Made by a program: the position numbers and the translations under genes
From: Chthoniobacteraceae bacterium
GTDB taxonomy: Bacteria; Verrucomicrobiota; Verrucomicrobiia; Chthoniobacterales; Chthoniobacteraceae
Reading direction: 5' to 3'
DNA: 64,000 nt
NCBI GenBank assembly: GCA_040081625.1
Contig: JBEBGD010000001.1
Location: forward strand, 96,001 to 160,000
Part shown: positions 38,669 through 49,100 of the stretch, in pieces
How positions within the stretch are numbered: the stretch's first letter is position 1
Layout: the number at the start of each line of letters is the position of its first letter
Notes under the pieces: generated by a model
What the model saw: only the letters and a program-made list of their open reading frames with translations
Database searches by the model: none
Told to the model about the DNA's origin: nothing

Positions 38669-39472
38669 ATGCTCAAGTTCACCAAGATGAATGGCGCCGG
38701 GAATGACTTCGTGATGGTCGATAACCGCGACCTCAAGATTTCGCTTTCGCGGGACGAGGTCGCGCTGCTTTGCGACCGGCACCGCGGCGTCGGCGCGGAT
38801 GGGCTGATCGCGGTCGAGCCGGCCGAGAACGGCGCGGATTTCAAGATGCGCTACTACAACGCCGACGGCGGTGAGGCGGAGATGTGCGGCAATGGCGCGC
38901 GCTGCTTCGCGCGATTCGCCTGCCGGCTCGCGGGGCGAACAGATGCGCTCACTTTCGAGACGATGGCGGGCGTGGTCGGCGCGGAGCTGCTCGACGAGAA
39001 CGTGCGTCTGCGCATGAGCCAGCCGAAGGATCTCGCGCTCGGCGCGAAGCTCGATGTGCATGGCGCGGAGCTCACGGTGCATTTCGTGAACACCGGCGTG
39101 CCGCACGCGATCGTGGTCGTGGAGGACATCGGCAAGGCGGACGTGCTGCGCGACGGCGCGGCGCTGCGTTACCACGATCACTTCGCGCCGAAGGGCACGA
39201 ACGCGAACTTCATCGAGGTGCAGGGGCCGCGCCTCCTGACAATCCGCACCTACGAGCGCGGCGTGGAAGGCGAGACGCTCGCGTGCGGCACCGGCGTGTG
39301 CGCGGCGGCGCTCATCCACAGCGCGCTCACCGGCGCGGAGTCGCCGGTAGAGGTGCGTGTGAAAGGCGGCGATACGCTCAGCGTCGGCTTCGCGAAAAGC
39401 GGCGAGACGTTCAGCGATGTGACGCTGACCGGGCCGGCGGATTTCGTCTTCGACGGCGAAATCGCGGTGTAG
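38669..39472 (+). CDS. dapF: Diaminopimelate epimerase
   Basis: FTKMNGAGNDF, EMCGNGARC, GVPH, ERGVEGETLACGTG. Confidence 0.96.
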   Translation: MLKFTKMNGAGNDFVMVDNRDLKISLSRDEVALLCDRHRGVGADGLIAVEPAENGADFKMRYYNADGGEAEMCGNGARCFARFACRLAGRTDALTFETMAGVVGAELLDENVRLRMSQPKDLALGAKLDVHGAELTVHFVNTGVPHAIVVVEDIGKADVLRDGAALRYHDHFAPKGTNANFIEVQGPRLLTIRTYERGVEGETLACGTGVCAAALIHSALTGAESPVEVRVKGGDTLSVGFAKSGETFSDVTLTGPADFVFDGEIAV

Positions 39473-39479
39473 GGCGTTC

Positions 39480-39665
39480 TTACCGCTCTCTGCTCCCGAG
39501 CAGCTTCAAGATATGCCGTGCGAGGTGTTCCTTGATCTCGCGGTGCCGCGGCACCGGTTGCGCGATCTTCGTTGTCGGATTCTGATACCAGTCGTGCTTC
39601 CCGCCGTGGCGGATGAAGACACAGCCGAGGTCTTCGATCTTCTTGATGAGGTCGCGATGCTTCAC
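39480..39665 (-). CDS. hicA: HicA-family toxin
   Basis: 61 aa; RHGGKHDWY and VPRHREI; GTG start overlaps the upstream stop. Confidence 0.88.
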   Translation of the reverse strand: MKHRDLIKKIEDLGCVFIRHGGKHDWYQNPTTKIAQPVPRHREIKEHLARHILKLLGSRER

Positions 39666-39853
39666 GCCACTTCCAATTCGGCGCGGTGGCGCACGCACGG
39701 AATCTCGCCTGAAGTGAGATCGCGATACACGTCGAGCAGGTGCGCCTTCAAATCCTCCAGCGACTCACCCTGCGTGAGATAATCCGGAAACTGATCGAGA
39801 TACCCGAGCCACGCGTCGCCGTCCTGCCAGTAGGTGAAAGCGAGAGTTTTCAT
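39662..39853 (-). CDS. hicB: Short HicB-family antitoxin
   Basis: 63 aa; YWQDGDAWLGYLDQFPDYLTQGESLEDLKAHL. Confidence 0.85.
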   Translation of the reverse strand: MKTLAFTYWQDGDAWLGYLDQFPDYLTQGESLEDLKAHLLDVYRDLTSGEIPCVRHRAELEVA

Positions 39854-39945
39854 GGCCGCCACGCTATCGCCCGAGCGACGGAACGCAAGCCGGGCGCATC
39901 CTCCCACTTGCCGCGCCCGCCCGCGTCGCTTAGAACCGCCGCCCT

Positions 39946-40824
39946 ATGTTTTCCGGCACTTATACGGCGCTCGTTACGCCGTTTCGCAATGACCAGGTCG
40001 ATGACGCGGCTTTCGAGGCGCTGATCGAGGCGCAGATCGCGGCGGGCATCGACGGGATCGTGCCGGTGGGCACGACTGGCGAATCGCCGACGCTCGACCA
40101 CGCGGAGCACTTGCGCGTGATCCAGCGCGCGGTCGAGATCGCGAAGGGGCGTTGCAAGGTGATGGGCGGCACGGGCTCGAATTCGACGGTCGAGGCGGTC
40201 GCGATGACGGTCGAGGCGGAGAAGGTCGGCGCGGATGCGGCGTTGCTCGTCGCGCCTTATTACAACAAGCCTTCGCAGGAGGGACTCTTCCGCCACTTCT
40301 CGGCGATCGCCGCAGCGTCGAAGCTGCCGCTGATGCTTTACTCGATCCCCGGCCGGTGCGGGATCGAGATCGCGGTCGAGACGGTCGCACGGCTCGCGAA
40401 GGCGTGCCCGACGATCGTCGCGATCAAGGAAGCGGGCGGCGCGGTGGATCGCGTGGGCGCGCTGCGACAGGTGCTGCCGGATTCCTTCGACATCCTTTCG
40501 GGCGACGACTCGCTCACGCTGCCCTTCATCGCGACGGGTGCGCGCGGCGTGGTGAGCGTGGCGTCGAACATCGTGCCGAAGGAAGTCGGCGACATGGTGC
40601 GCGCGGCGCTCGCGGGGCGGCTGGGCGAGGCGACGGCGCTGCACGAGAAATACTTTTCGCTCTACAAGGATCTCTTCATCGAGCCGAACCCGGTGCCGAC
40701 CAAATACGCGCTCTCGCTGCAAGGTCGCATGACGCCGGACGTGCGGCTGCCGCTTTGCGAAATGAGCGACGCGAACAAGGCGAAGCTCACGACGACGCTG
40801 CGCAGCCTCCAACTCGTTCCCTGA
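39946..40824 (+). CDS. dapA: 4-hydroxy-tetrahydrodipicolinate synthase
   Basis: ALVTPF, GTTGESPTL, PYYNKPSQEG, AIKEA, LSGDD, NPVP.K. Confidence 0.96.
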   Translation: MFSGTYTALVTPFRNDQVDDAAFEALIEAQIAAGIDGIVPVGTTGESPTLDHAEHLRVIQRAVEIAKGRCKVMGGTGSNSTVEAVAMTVEAEKVGADAALLVAPYYNKPSQEGLFRHFSAIAAASKLPLMLYSIPGRCGIEIAVETVARLAKACPTIVAIKEAGGAVDRVGALRQVLPDSFDILSGDDSLTLPFIATGARGVVSVASNIVPKEVGDMVRAALAGRLGEATALHEKYFSLYKDLFIEPNPVPTKYALSLQGRMTPDVRLPLCEMSDANKAKLTTTLRSLQLVP

Positions 40825-40825
40825 C

Positions 40826-41569
40826 ATGGCTGCGCTGCTCCGACTGCTCATCAACGGCTCGAAAGGGCGCATGGGCCAGACGCTGGTCGCTTGCGCGAAG
40901 GAAGACGCGGCGCTCGAGGTCGTCGCGCAGGTCGATGTCGGCGACGACTTCGTCGCGGCACTGTCGAAGTGCGATGCGGTCATCGACTTCTCGCATCACA
41001 CGACGATCGGGTCGGTGCTCGCGCGCTGCGTGGAGCACGGAAAGACGCTCGTCATCGGCACGACGGGGCACACGGACGTGCAGGTCGCATCGATCCGGCA
41101 CGCGGCGGGGCAGGTCCCGATCGTGTTTGCGCCGAACTACAGCGTCGGGGTGAACACTCTTTTCTGGCTCACGCGGAAAGCGGCGGAAATCCTCGGGCCG
41201 GGCTTCGATCTCGAGGTTGTCGAGATGCATCACCGGCTGAAAAAGGATTCGCCGAGCGGCACGGCGAAGCGGCTCGCGGAGATCCTCGCGGAGGTGCGCG
41301 GGTTGCAATACAACGACGACGTGAAGCATGGACGACACGGCATCGTCGGCGAGCGCACGGGCGCGGAGATCGGCATGCACGCTGTGCGCGGCGGCGACGT
41401 GGTGGGCGACCACACGGTCATCTACGCCACCAACGGCGAGCGGGTGGAACTCACGCACAAGGCGTCGAGCCGGGAGACGTTCGCGCGCGGGGCGCTGCGG
41501 GCGGCGCTGTGGGCGCACGGACGCGCGTCGGGGCTTTACGACATGCAGGACGTGCTCGGGTTGAAGTGA
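40826..41569 (+). CDS. dapB: 4-hydroxy-tetrahydrodipicolinate reductase
   Basis: NGSKGRMG, IGTTG, EMHHRLKKDSPSGTA. Confidence 0.96.
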   Translation: MAALLRLLINGSKGRMGQTLVACAKEDAALEVVAQVDVGDDFVAALSKCDAVIDFSHHTTIGSVLARCVEHGKTLVIGTTGHTDVQVASIRHAAGQVPIVFAPNYSVGVNTLFWLTRKAAEILGPGFDLEVVEMHHRLKKDSPSGTAKRLAEILAEVRGLQYNDDVKHGRHGIVGERTGAEIGMHAVRGGDVVGDHTVIYATNGERVELTHKASSRETFARGALRAALWAHGRASGLYDMQDVLGLK

Positions 41570-41572
41570 AAC

Positions 41573-42256
41573 GTGAAAGAGATCGTCTTTCCGAAAGCGG
41601 ACCTGGAGCGGAGTCGGAGGATGGTCGCGGAGCTCCAGTCGCTGATTAACCGCGAAACGGATCCGGAAAGGATCAGCGATTTACGCGAGGAAATCGGCAG
41701 CATCGGAATGGGGCATGTCATCAGTTGGGAGGATACGTTCGAGATGGGAGACCGGCGGCGGGCCGGCATCGCGCTCGGCTCGAATGTCGGCGATCGGATC
41801 GAGCATCTGCGCTCGGCGCGAGAGGCGGTGCTCGCCATCGCCGGGGTGGACGATCCGATCTTGTGCTCTCCAATCTACGAGACCGAGCCGGTCGGGACTG
41901 AGCCGCACGCGGGCAGTTTTTTCAACGCGGTGATCGATGTCGGGTTTGTCGGCGAGCCGCTCACGCTGCTCGACGCGCTCCAGCAGATCGAAGCGGCGCA
42001 CGGGCGGCCTTCGAAACGTCCGCGCAACGCGCCGCGCACGCTCGATCTCGACATTCTCTACCTCGGAAATCTCGTGCTCTCGAACGAGGAAGTCGTCATC
42101 CCTCACCCGCGGCTGCACCAGCGGCGTTTCGTGCTCGCGCCGCTGGCGGACATCCGGCCGGAGCTGGTGCTGCCGGGGCAGCAGCGGTCGATCGGGCAGT
42201 TGCTTGCGGGCTTGAGTGACCCGGCGTCGGTCACGATGGTCGCGGAAACTTGGTGA
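41573..42256 (+). CDS. folK: HPPK (FolK); alternative start at ATG 41744
   Basis: IALGSNVGDR, SPIYETEP, FFNAV, PRTLDLDIL, PHPRL..R.FVL.PL. Confidence 0.9.
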   Translation: MKEIVFPKADLERSRRMVAELQSLINRETDPERISDLREEIGSIGMGHVISWEDTFEMGDRRRAGIALGSNVGDRIEHLRSAREAVLAIAGVDDPILCSPIYETEPVGTEPHAGSFFNAVIDVGFVGEPLTLLDALQQIEAAHGRPSKRPRNAPRTLDLDILYLGNLVLSNEEVVIPHPRLHQRRFVLAPLADIRPELVLPGQQRSIGQLLAGLSDPASVTMVAETW

Positions 42257-43029
42257 TGCACTCCGGCCTCGAACAGCTCAACTCGATGAAAGCGCGCGGC
42301 GACAAGATCGCCGTGCTGACGGCCTACGATTACCCGACGGCGCGGCTGCTCGACGAAGGCGGGATCGACCTGATCCTCGTCGGCGATTCGCTCGGCATGG
42401 TCGTGCTCGGCTACCCCGACACGACGCTCGTGACGCTCGATGAAATGCTCCACCACACGCGGGCCGTGGCGCGCGGGGTGAAGCGCGCGCCGATTCTCGC
42501 CGATCTGCCGATCGCGACCTACGACACGCTGGAGCAGGCGGTCGCGAGTTCGCGGAGGCTGATCGAGGCCGGCGCGCACGCGGTGAAGCTCGAAGGCGGC
42601 GCGTCGCACGCGGCGCAGATCGCGGCGCTCGCGGCGGCGGATATTCCGGTGATGGCGCACATCGGCATGCAGCCGCAGCGGGTGCGGATCGAGGGCGGCT
42701 ATCGGATGAAGGGCAAGACGCCGGCGGAAGCGGACGCGCTGCTCGCTGATGCGCGCGTCGTCGAGGAGGCGGGCGCGTTCGCGCTGCTGCTCGAGCTGGT
42801 GCAGGCGGAGACGGCGCGCAGGATCACCGGGACGAGCGGGGTGCCGACGATCGGTATCGGTGCGGGCGGGTTTTGCGACGGGCAGGTGCTCGTGACGCAT
42901 GATCTGATCGGGCTGTTTCCGTGGTTCCAGCCGAAGTTCGTCGAGCAGGCGGGGAATGTGGCGGAGGAGATTCGCGGCGCGGTCGCGGAGTTCATCCGGC
43001 GGGTGAGGGGTGCGGACGGCGCGGCGTAA
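42256..43029 (+). CDS. panB: 3-methyl-2-oxobutanoate hydroxymethyltransferase
   Basis: LTAYD, LVGDSLGM, VKLEGG, TIGIGAG..CDGQVLV. Confidence 0.96.
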   Translation: MHSGLEQLNSMKARGDKIAVLTAYDYPTARLLDEGGIDLILVGDSLGMVVLGYPDTTLVTLDEMLHHTRAVARGVKRAPILADLPIATYDTLEQAVASSRRLIEAGAHAVKLEGGASHAAQIAALAAADIPVMAHIGMQPQRVRIEGGYRMKGKTPAEADALLADARVVEEAGAFALLLELVQAETARRITGTSGVPTIGIGAGGFCDGQVLVTHDLIGLFPWFQPKFVEQAGNVAEEIRGAVAEFIRRVRGADGAA

Positions 43030-43149
43030 AGGATTTCTTTGCGTCAACCATACAGTTTTCTCTCATTTTTTTCTCGCGTGCCGCGATCGCGGGCGGATTC
43101 TTGGCGCCTCCCACGCCCGGAACATTTTCCCACCCTTCCCGCCACTCCT

Positions 43150-46100
43150 ATGCGCAAGCCCACACGCGTCCCCCGAAAGCTGTCCCGTAAACTCGCCCGT
43201 TCGCGGAGAAAGTTTCGAGCTCCCCGTTTCATCCTGGCGACTGCGTTCGCTCTCTTTTTGCCGCAGGCGGTGAAGGCGGCGACGCTCGTCTGGGACCCGG
43301 CGGGCGATCAGTCCAACAGTGGCGGCGCGGGCGCCTGGAACACGACGAGCCCGTTCTGGAACGACGACAACACGGCGCCGAATGTCGTGTGGAACAACGC
43401 CATGAACGACACGGCGAGCTTCGGTGGAACCGGCGGGCTGGTGACGCTCGGCGAGCCGATCACGGCGGGTGGGCTGATCTTCAGCACGACTGGCTACGGG
43501 CTCCAGGGCAACACGCTCACGCTCGCCCTGGGTTCGGCGCTGCAGGTGACCAATGGCGCGGACAGCGCGACGATCAGCTCGGTGATCGACGGCACGTCGG
43601 GCTTCGAGAAGACGGGCGCGGGACTGCTCGTGCTCGGTGGCGCGAATACTTTCACCGGCCCGGCGACGCTGACGGGCGGCACGCTGCGCGCGGCCAGCAT
43701 GGCAGCGCTCGGCAGCGCGACGAACTCGCTGGTGCTCAATGGCGGGTTGTTCGAGGTCGCGGTTGATTCGGGTTTCACCGCCTACGACACGGTCGTCGCC
43801 GGCGACGCGTTCCTGCTGGCGGGCCGCGCCACGATGGGTGCGGGCGTCACACACACGCTTGGCTCGCTGGGGATCGGGGCGAACGCCTTGCTCGTCGCGG
43901 CGGGGGTGAATCTGGATGCCGACAGCAGCTACGGGGTGAGCTTCGGGAACACGGCGCTGAGCGGGAATGCGGAGTTCAGCGTGTTCAACAACGGTCTGGG
44001 CATCGGCACGCTCACGCTCGGCTCAGTCTCCGAGACGGGCGGCGCGCGCAAGCTGACCAAGAGCGGCACGGGCACGCTCGTGCTTGGCGGCGCGAATAGT
44101 TCGTGGAGCGGCGGACTCGCCATCAATGGCGGCACGGTGCGGATCGCCGCAGCGAACGCGGCGGGCACCGGCAACGCGCTGAGCTTCGGCGCGGCGTCGG
44201 CCGGTGTGCTGCAACTCGGCGGGAACAACACGACCGTCGCCGGGCTCGATGGCGACGCGACGGCGATCGTGGAGAATGCGAGCGGCACGCCCGCGACGCT
44301 CACGGTCAGCAAGGCGCCGGGCGGCACGAGTGTTTTCGACGGACTGCTGCGCGATGGCGCGGGTGGCGGCGCGCTCGGCTTGACGAAGACCGGCAACGGC
44401 GGGCTCACGCTCGGCAACGCGGCGAACGCTTACAGCGGGCTGACGACGATCAATGGCGGCACGGTGACGATCTCGAGCCTCGGCGCGCTCGGCACCGGGA
44501 CCTCGACGATCGCGGTGAACGGCATCGCCGGCTTTGGTCTGCCGGGTGGGCATTTGGTGATCAATGGCGCGGTCACGCCGATCGATGTCTCGCGCAACGT
44601 GAGCGTCGCGGGTCGCGGCGGGAACAATGTGGGCTCGGCGCTGACGCTGCTCGGCAGCAACACGATCAGCGGCACGGTGACGACGGGAACGAACACCGAG
44701 ACGCGCATGGTGAACACCGGAGGCACGCTGACCTTGTCGGGCGTGCTCAGCATCGGCGCGGGTCAGAACACGATCATCCTCGGCAACGGCAACATCAACT
44801 TCACGGGCCTGCTGACGGGTGGAACGAATGCGGTGACCGGCTTCAGCAAGAGCAACTCGAGCATCGGGACGACGCTCACGCTTTCCAACCCGAACAACAA
44901 TTTCGCGGGCGACATCCGCTTCGACGGCGGCACGCTGCGCGTCGCGACGGTGAGCGTGCTCGGCACGAGCACCGGTGCGAATGCGCTGCGCTTCAATGCG
45001 GGCACACTGGAACTGCGGACCGACGACCCGGCGGGTTTCATCACGCGCAACGTGAGCACGGCGGACAACACCGGGAACATCTTCGTCGATCACGCGATCG
45101 GCAGTTCGCTGCAAAACCAGACGGTGACGTTCGGGAACCTCGCGATGACGGCGGCGCGGACGATCAACTTCACCGGCCGCAACGGCTATGGCGTGAGCTT
45201 CACCGGCGCGGGCGGGACCGTGGGCGGTGCGGGCGCCGGCAGTAATACCTTCAACAACAACTCGAACGGCCTCGTCTTCATCAACGCCTCGCTCGGCATC
45301 GGCGACGCCACGGCGCGCACGCTGACGCTCGGCGGGAACTCCGACACGATCGTGACTGGAAGCGTGATCAGCGCTGGCGCGGGCGATCACAACCTGACCA
45401 AGGCCGGCACGGGGTTGGTCACGTTCCAAGGCACGGCTTCGACGTTTGTGGGGAGCACCTTCATCACCGCGGGCACGCTGGCAGTGGACTCAATCGCGGG
45501 CGGTCTCAATGGCGTGACGGGCGGCGCTCTCGTGCTCGGAAATACGACGACGACCGCGGGTGCCTTCAGCTACACGGGATCGGGCGAGACGACCGAGAAG
45601 GTGCTCAATCTCCAGGGCACGAGCGGCAACGGCATCCTGCTGGCCAATCACGCGGGCGCGACGCCACTGGTCTTCACGAGCAATGTGGGTGCGGGCGGCG
45701 CCGGGACGAAGTCGCTCTTCCTCGGCGGCACGAGCACGCTCGACAACGCGATCCTCGGCGTCATCCAGGACAACCTCTTCCTGACCAATCAGACGTCGCT
45801 GACCAAGATCGGTTCGGGCACGTGGCTCTATTCGCCTGCTGTGTCGGGTTACAATCCGGGCGGCAGCGATGTGACGACTGTCGCGAGCGGCGCGAATACG
45901 AACGTGCTCACCGTCGCGAGCACGGCGGGCCTCGTCGTCGGCCAGTCCGTCGCGGGCACGAACGTGCCGGGGCCGTCGGTGATCACCTCGATCACCGGCC
46001 CGACCACCTTCACCATCAGCAACAACATCGCGGCTTCCGTAACCGCCGGCACCGGGCTGACCTTCGGTGTGGTGAGCGGATTCTCCGGCAACGTGGCGGT

Positions 46101-49100
46101 GGCGGGCGGCACGCTGAAATTCCTGCCGACAGCGGCGGCGGGCGATGGCTCGAATCTCATCGACGATTCGGCCCTGCTCACTTTCTCGGCCGATCCGACC
46201 ACCGGTCGCGGCGTGGCGGGTGGCACTTTTGAATACCAGGGTTTCGCAACGGGCAGCACCGAGAACATCGGCGCGATCACCGTGTCTGCGGGCGCGGCGA
46301 CGGTGCGGGTGACGCCGGGCGCGAGCGGCATGACGACGCTGAACTTCGGCACGATCGGCGTGGTGCCGGCGGGGACGGGGCTGAACTTCGTGTCGCCCGC
46401 GAACACGAGCATCTCGATCGCTTTCCAAGGCACGGCGTTCGTGAATTCGCACGCGTATTTCAACGGCGCGGACTTCGCCTACACGATCAACGACGTGCTG
46501 ACCGCGCCGGTCTATGGCGTCGATCCCGGCTTCGTCACGAGCTCGACGGCGTTCGTCGATTTCGCGAACAACGAAATCACCGGCAGCTTTGTTGCCGACT
46601 CGGCGATCGCGGCCAGCTTGAAGATCAGCGGCAGCCAGACGCTGACGCTCAATCCGGGCGCGACGCTCACGATCAACACCGGCGGCCTGCTCGTCGATGG
46701 CGGCGCAGCGACGATCGCCGGCGGCGCGGGCGTGACGACGGACGGCGCGATCGATCTCGCGGTGCGCGTGAATGGAGCGGGCGATTCGCTGACGCTCGAC
46801 ACGCTGATCGACGCCACGACGACGGGTGGCCTGACGAAGAACGGCGCCGGACTGCTCGTGCTCAATGGCGCGCACGCCTACACGGGCACGACGACGATCA
46901 ATGAAGGCGCGATCTTCCTCGGAACCGGTGCGCAGCTCGGCGGGCCGACGGCGATCAACTCGAACAACCTGACGATCCGGCAGGACGGCGTGCTCGACCT
47001 GAATGGAAATACGATCGGCGTCGGCGCGTTTGCGGGCTCGGGCGCGGTGATCAATTCCGGCCTGCCGGGCGCGGCGCTCGCCGTCGGGAATGGCACTGGC
47101 AGCGGCGTCTTCAGCGGCACGATCAGCGGCAGCATCAGCGTCGCAAAGACCGGCACGGGCACGGCGCTCTCGCTGGTCGGCGTGAATACTTATACCGGCG
47201 CGACGGTGCTCAACCAGGGCACGCTCGTGATCAACAGCATCGCCGACATCGGACAGGCGAGCAGCATCGGCGTGGGCGACGCGACCTCCGGCGCGACCAA
47301 TGCGGCCAGCCTCATTTTCGATGGCGGCGCGCTGCAATACACGGGGTCGAATGCGAACTTCCAGCAGACCACGCAGACGCCGACCGTCTCGACCGACCGC
47401 CGCTTTTCTCTCGCAAACAACGGCACGATCGATTCGTCCGGCCAGTTCGGAAACGCCGTCCTCGCCGGCGGCGCTGCGAACAACGCAGCGCTCGTCTTCC
47501 GCAACACGGCCGCGGTGAGTTTCATCGGCTCGGGCGACCGCACGCTCACGCTCCAGGGCAACTCGACCGGCGACAATACGATCCGGCTCAACCTGATCGA
47601 CAACACGAACGGCGGCATCCTGTCGGTGACGAAAGCCGGCGCGGGCTTGTGGATCCTCGATCCCGCACTCGCGAACACCTATAATGGCGCGACGACAATC
47701 ACCGCGGGTGCGCTCGCAGTGACCGACGGCTTCAGCCTGCCAGCCGCGAGCAATCTCGTGCTCAACGGCGGCGTGATCCAGACTGCGGGCACGTTTGATC
47801 GCGCGCTCGGCACGACCGGCGCCAGCACCGTGCAATGGACGGCGGGCGGCGGCTTCGCGGCCTCGACCGGCAAGCTCACCGTGGCCGTCGGCGGCATCGC
47901 GACGCCGACGCCGCTCGTTTTCGGCACGGCGCCCTTCACCAGCGGCACGCTCATCCTCAGCTCGACGACGGCGCTGGCCGACGTGGAACTGGTCAACGCG
48001 CTCGATCTCGGCGCTGCGGCGCGGACGATCCAGGTCGATGACAACGGCACGACGAACACGGACTTCGCGACGATCTCCGGGCTCATCACCGGCGGCATCG
48101 GCGGAAACTTCATCAAGACCGGCGGCGGCCCACTCTACCTCACGGCGCAGAACAGCTACTCGGGCGACACGCTCATCAACGCCGGCTCGATCATCGTCAC
48201 CTCGATCGGCAGCGGCGGCGCGACCAGCCATCTCGGCGACGCGACCGGCACGTTGAGCATCGGCAGCGGCGGCACGGCGGGCACGCTCGTTTATTACGGC
48301 GCGGGGGAGAATGTGACGCGCACGATCAATCTCGCCGGCACGACGGGCGGCGCGACGATCGACGCGAGCGGCAGCGGGCCGCTGATCATCAACACGATCA
48401 ACACGACCGGTGCCGGCGCGAAGACGCTGACGCTGCGTGGCTATAATAATGACGTGAACGAGTTGAAGGGCGCGCTCGCCGACAACGGCGGCATCCTCAC
48501 CGTGACCAAGACCGATGGCGGCACGTGGCTGCTCACCGGCTCGAACAGCCACTCCGGCACGACCAACGTCAACAGCGGCTTCGTCGGCATCGCCGGCAGC
48601 GCGACGGGATTCGCCGGCAGCGCGCTGAGCACGGGCACGCTCTCGATTTCCAACGGCGGCATCTTCGCGCTCGATGCCGGCGGGCTCACGATCGGCAACC
48701 CGCTCAACATTGCCTCGAACACGACCGCGGCGTTCCTCGGAGCAAACTCGATCAACCTCACCAACACGATCGGCGGCGCGACCGGCAATCCGTGGACGAT
48801 CAACAACACGATCGCCGCGCCTGCGACGCTGGAGATCAGCGGCAACCTGCGCAGCAACGAAACGGCGACGGCGCGCAACTTCAGCATCACGGGCACGGGC
48901 AACACCATCCTCAGCGGCGGCTTCGACAGCCTCGGAGCGCCGGTGGGTCTGACCGTCAACACCAGCGGCACTGTCACCTTCACCGGCAGTGGTGCATTTA
49001 ATAACTACACGAACGGCGTCGTGCTCTCGCAGGGCAACGTGATCGTGAACCGCACGGCACCCTTCGGCCCGTCGAACAACACGCTGCAGATCAACGGCGC

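Noticed and set aside
43066..43072. T7 tract upstream of the giant gene as a phase-variation switch or terminator tail
   Set aside because: Too short, with no convincing preceding hairpin or defined promoter.
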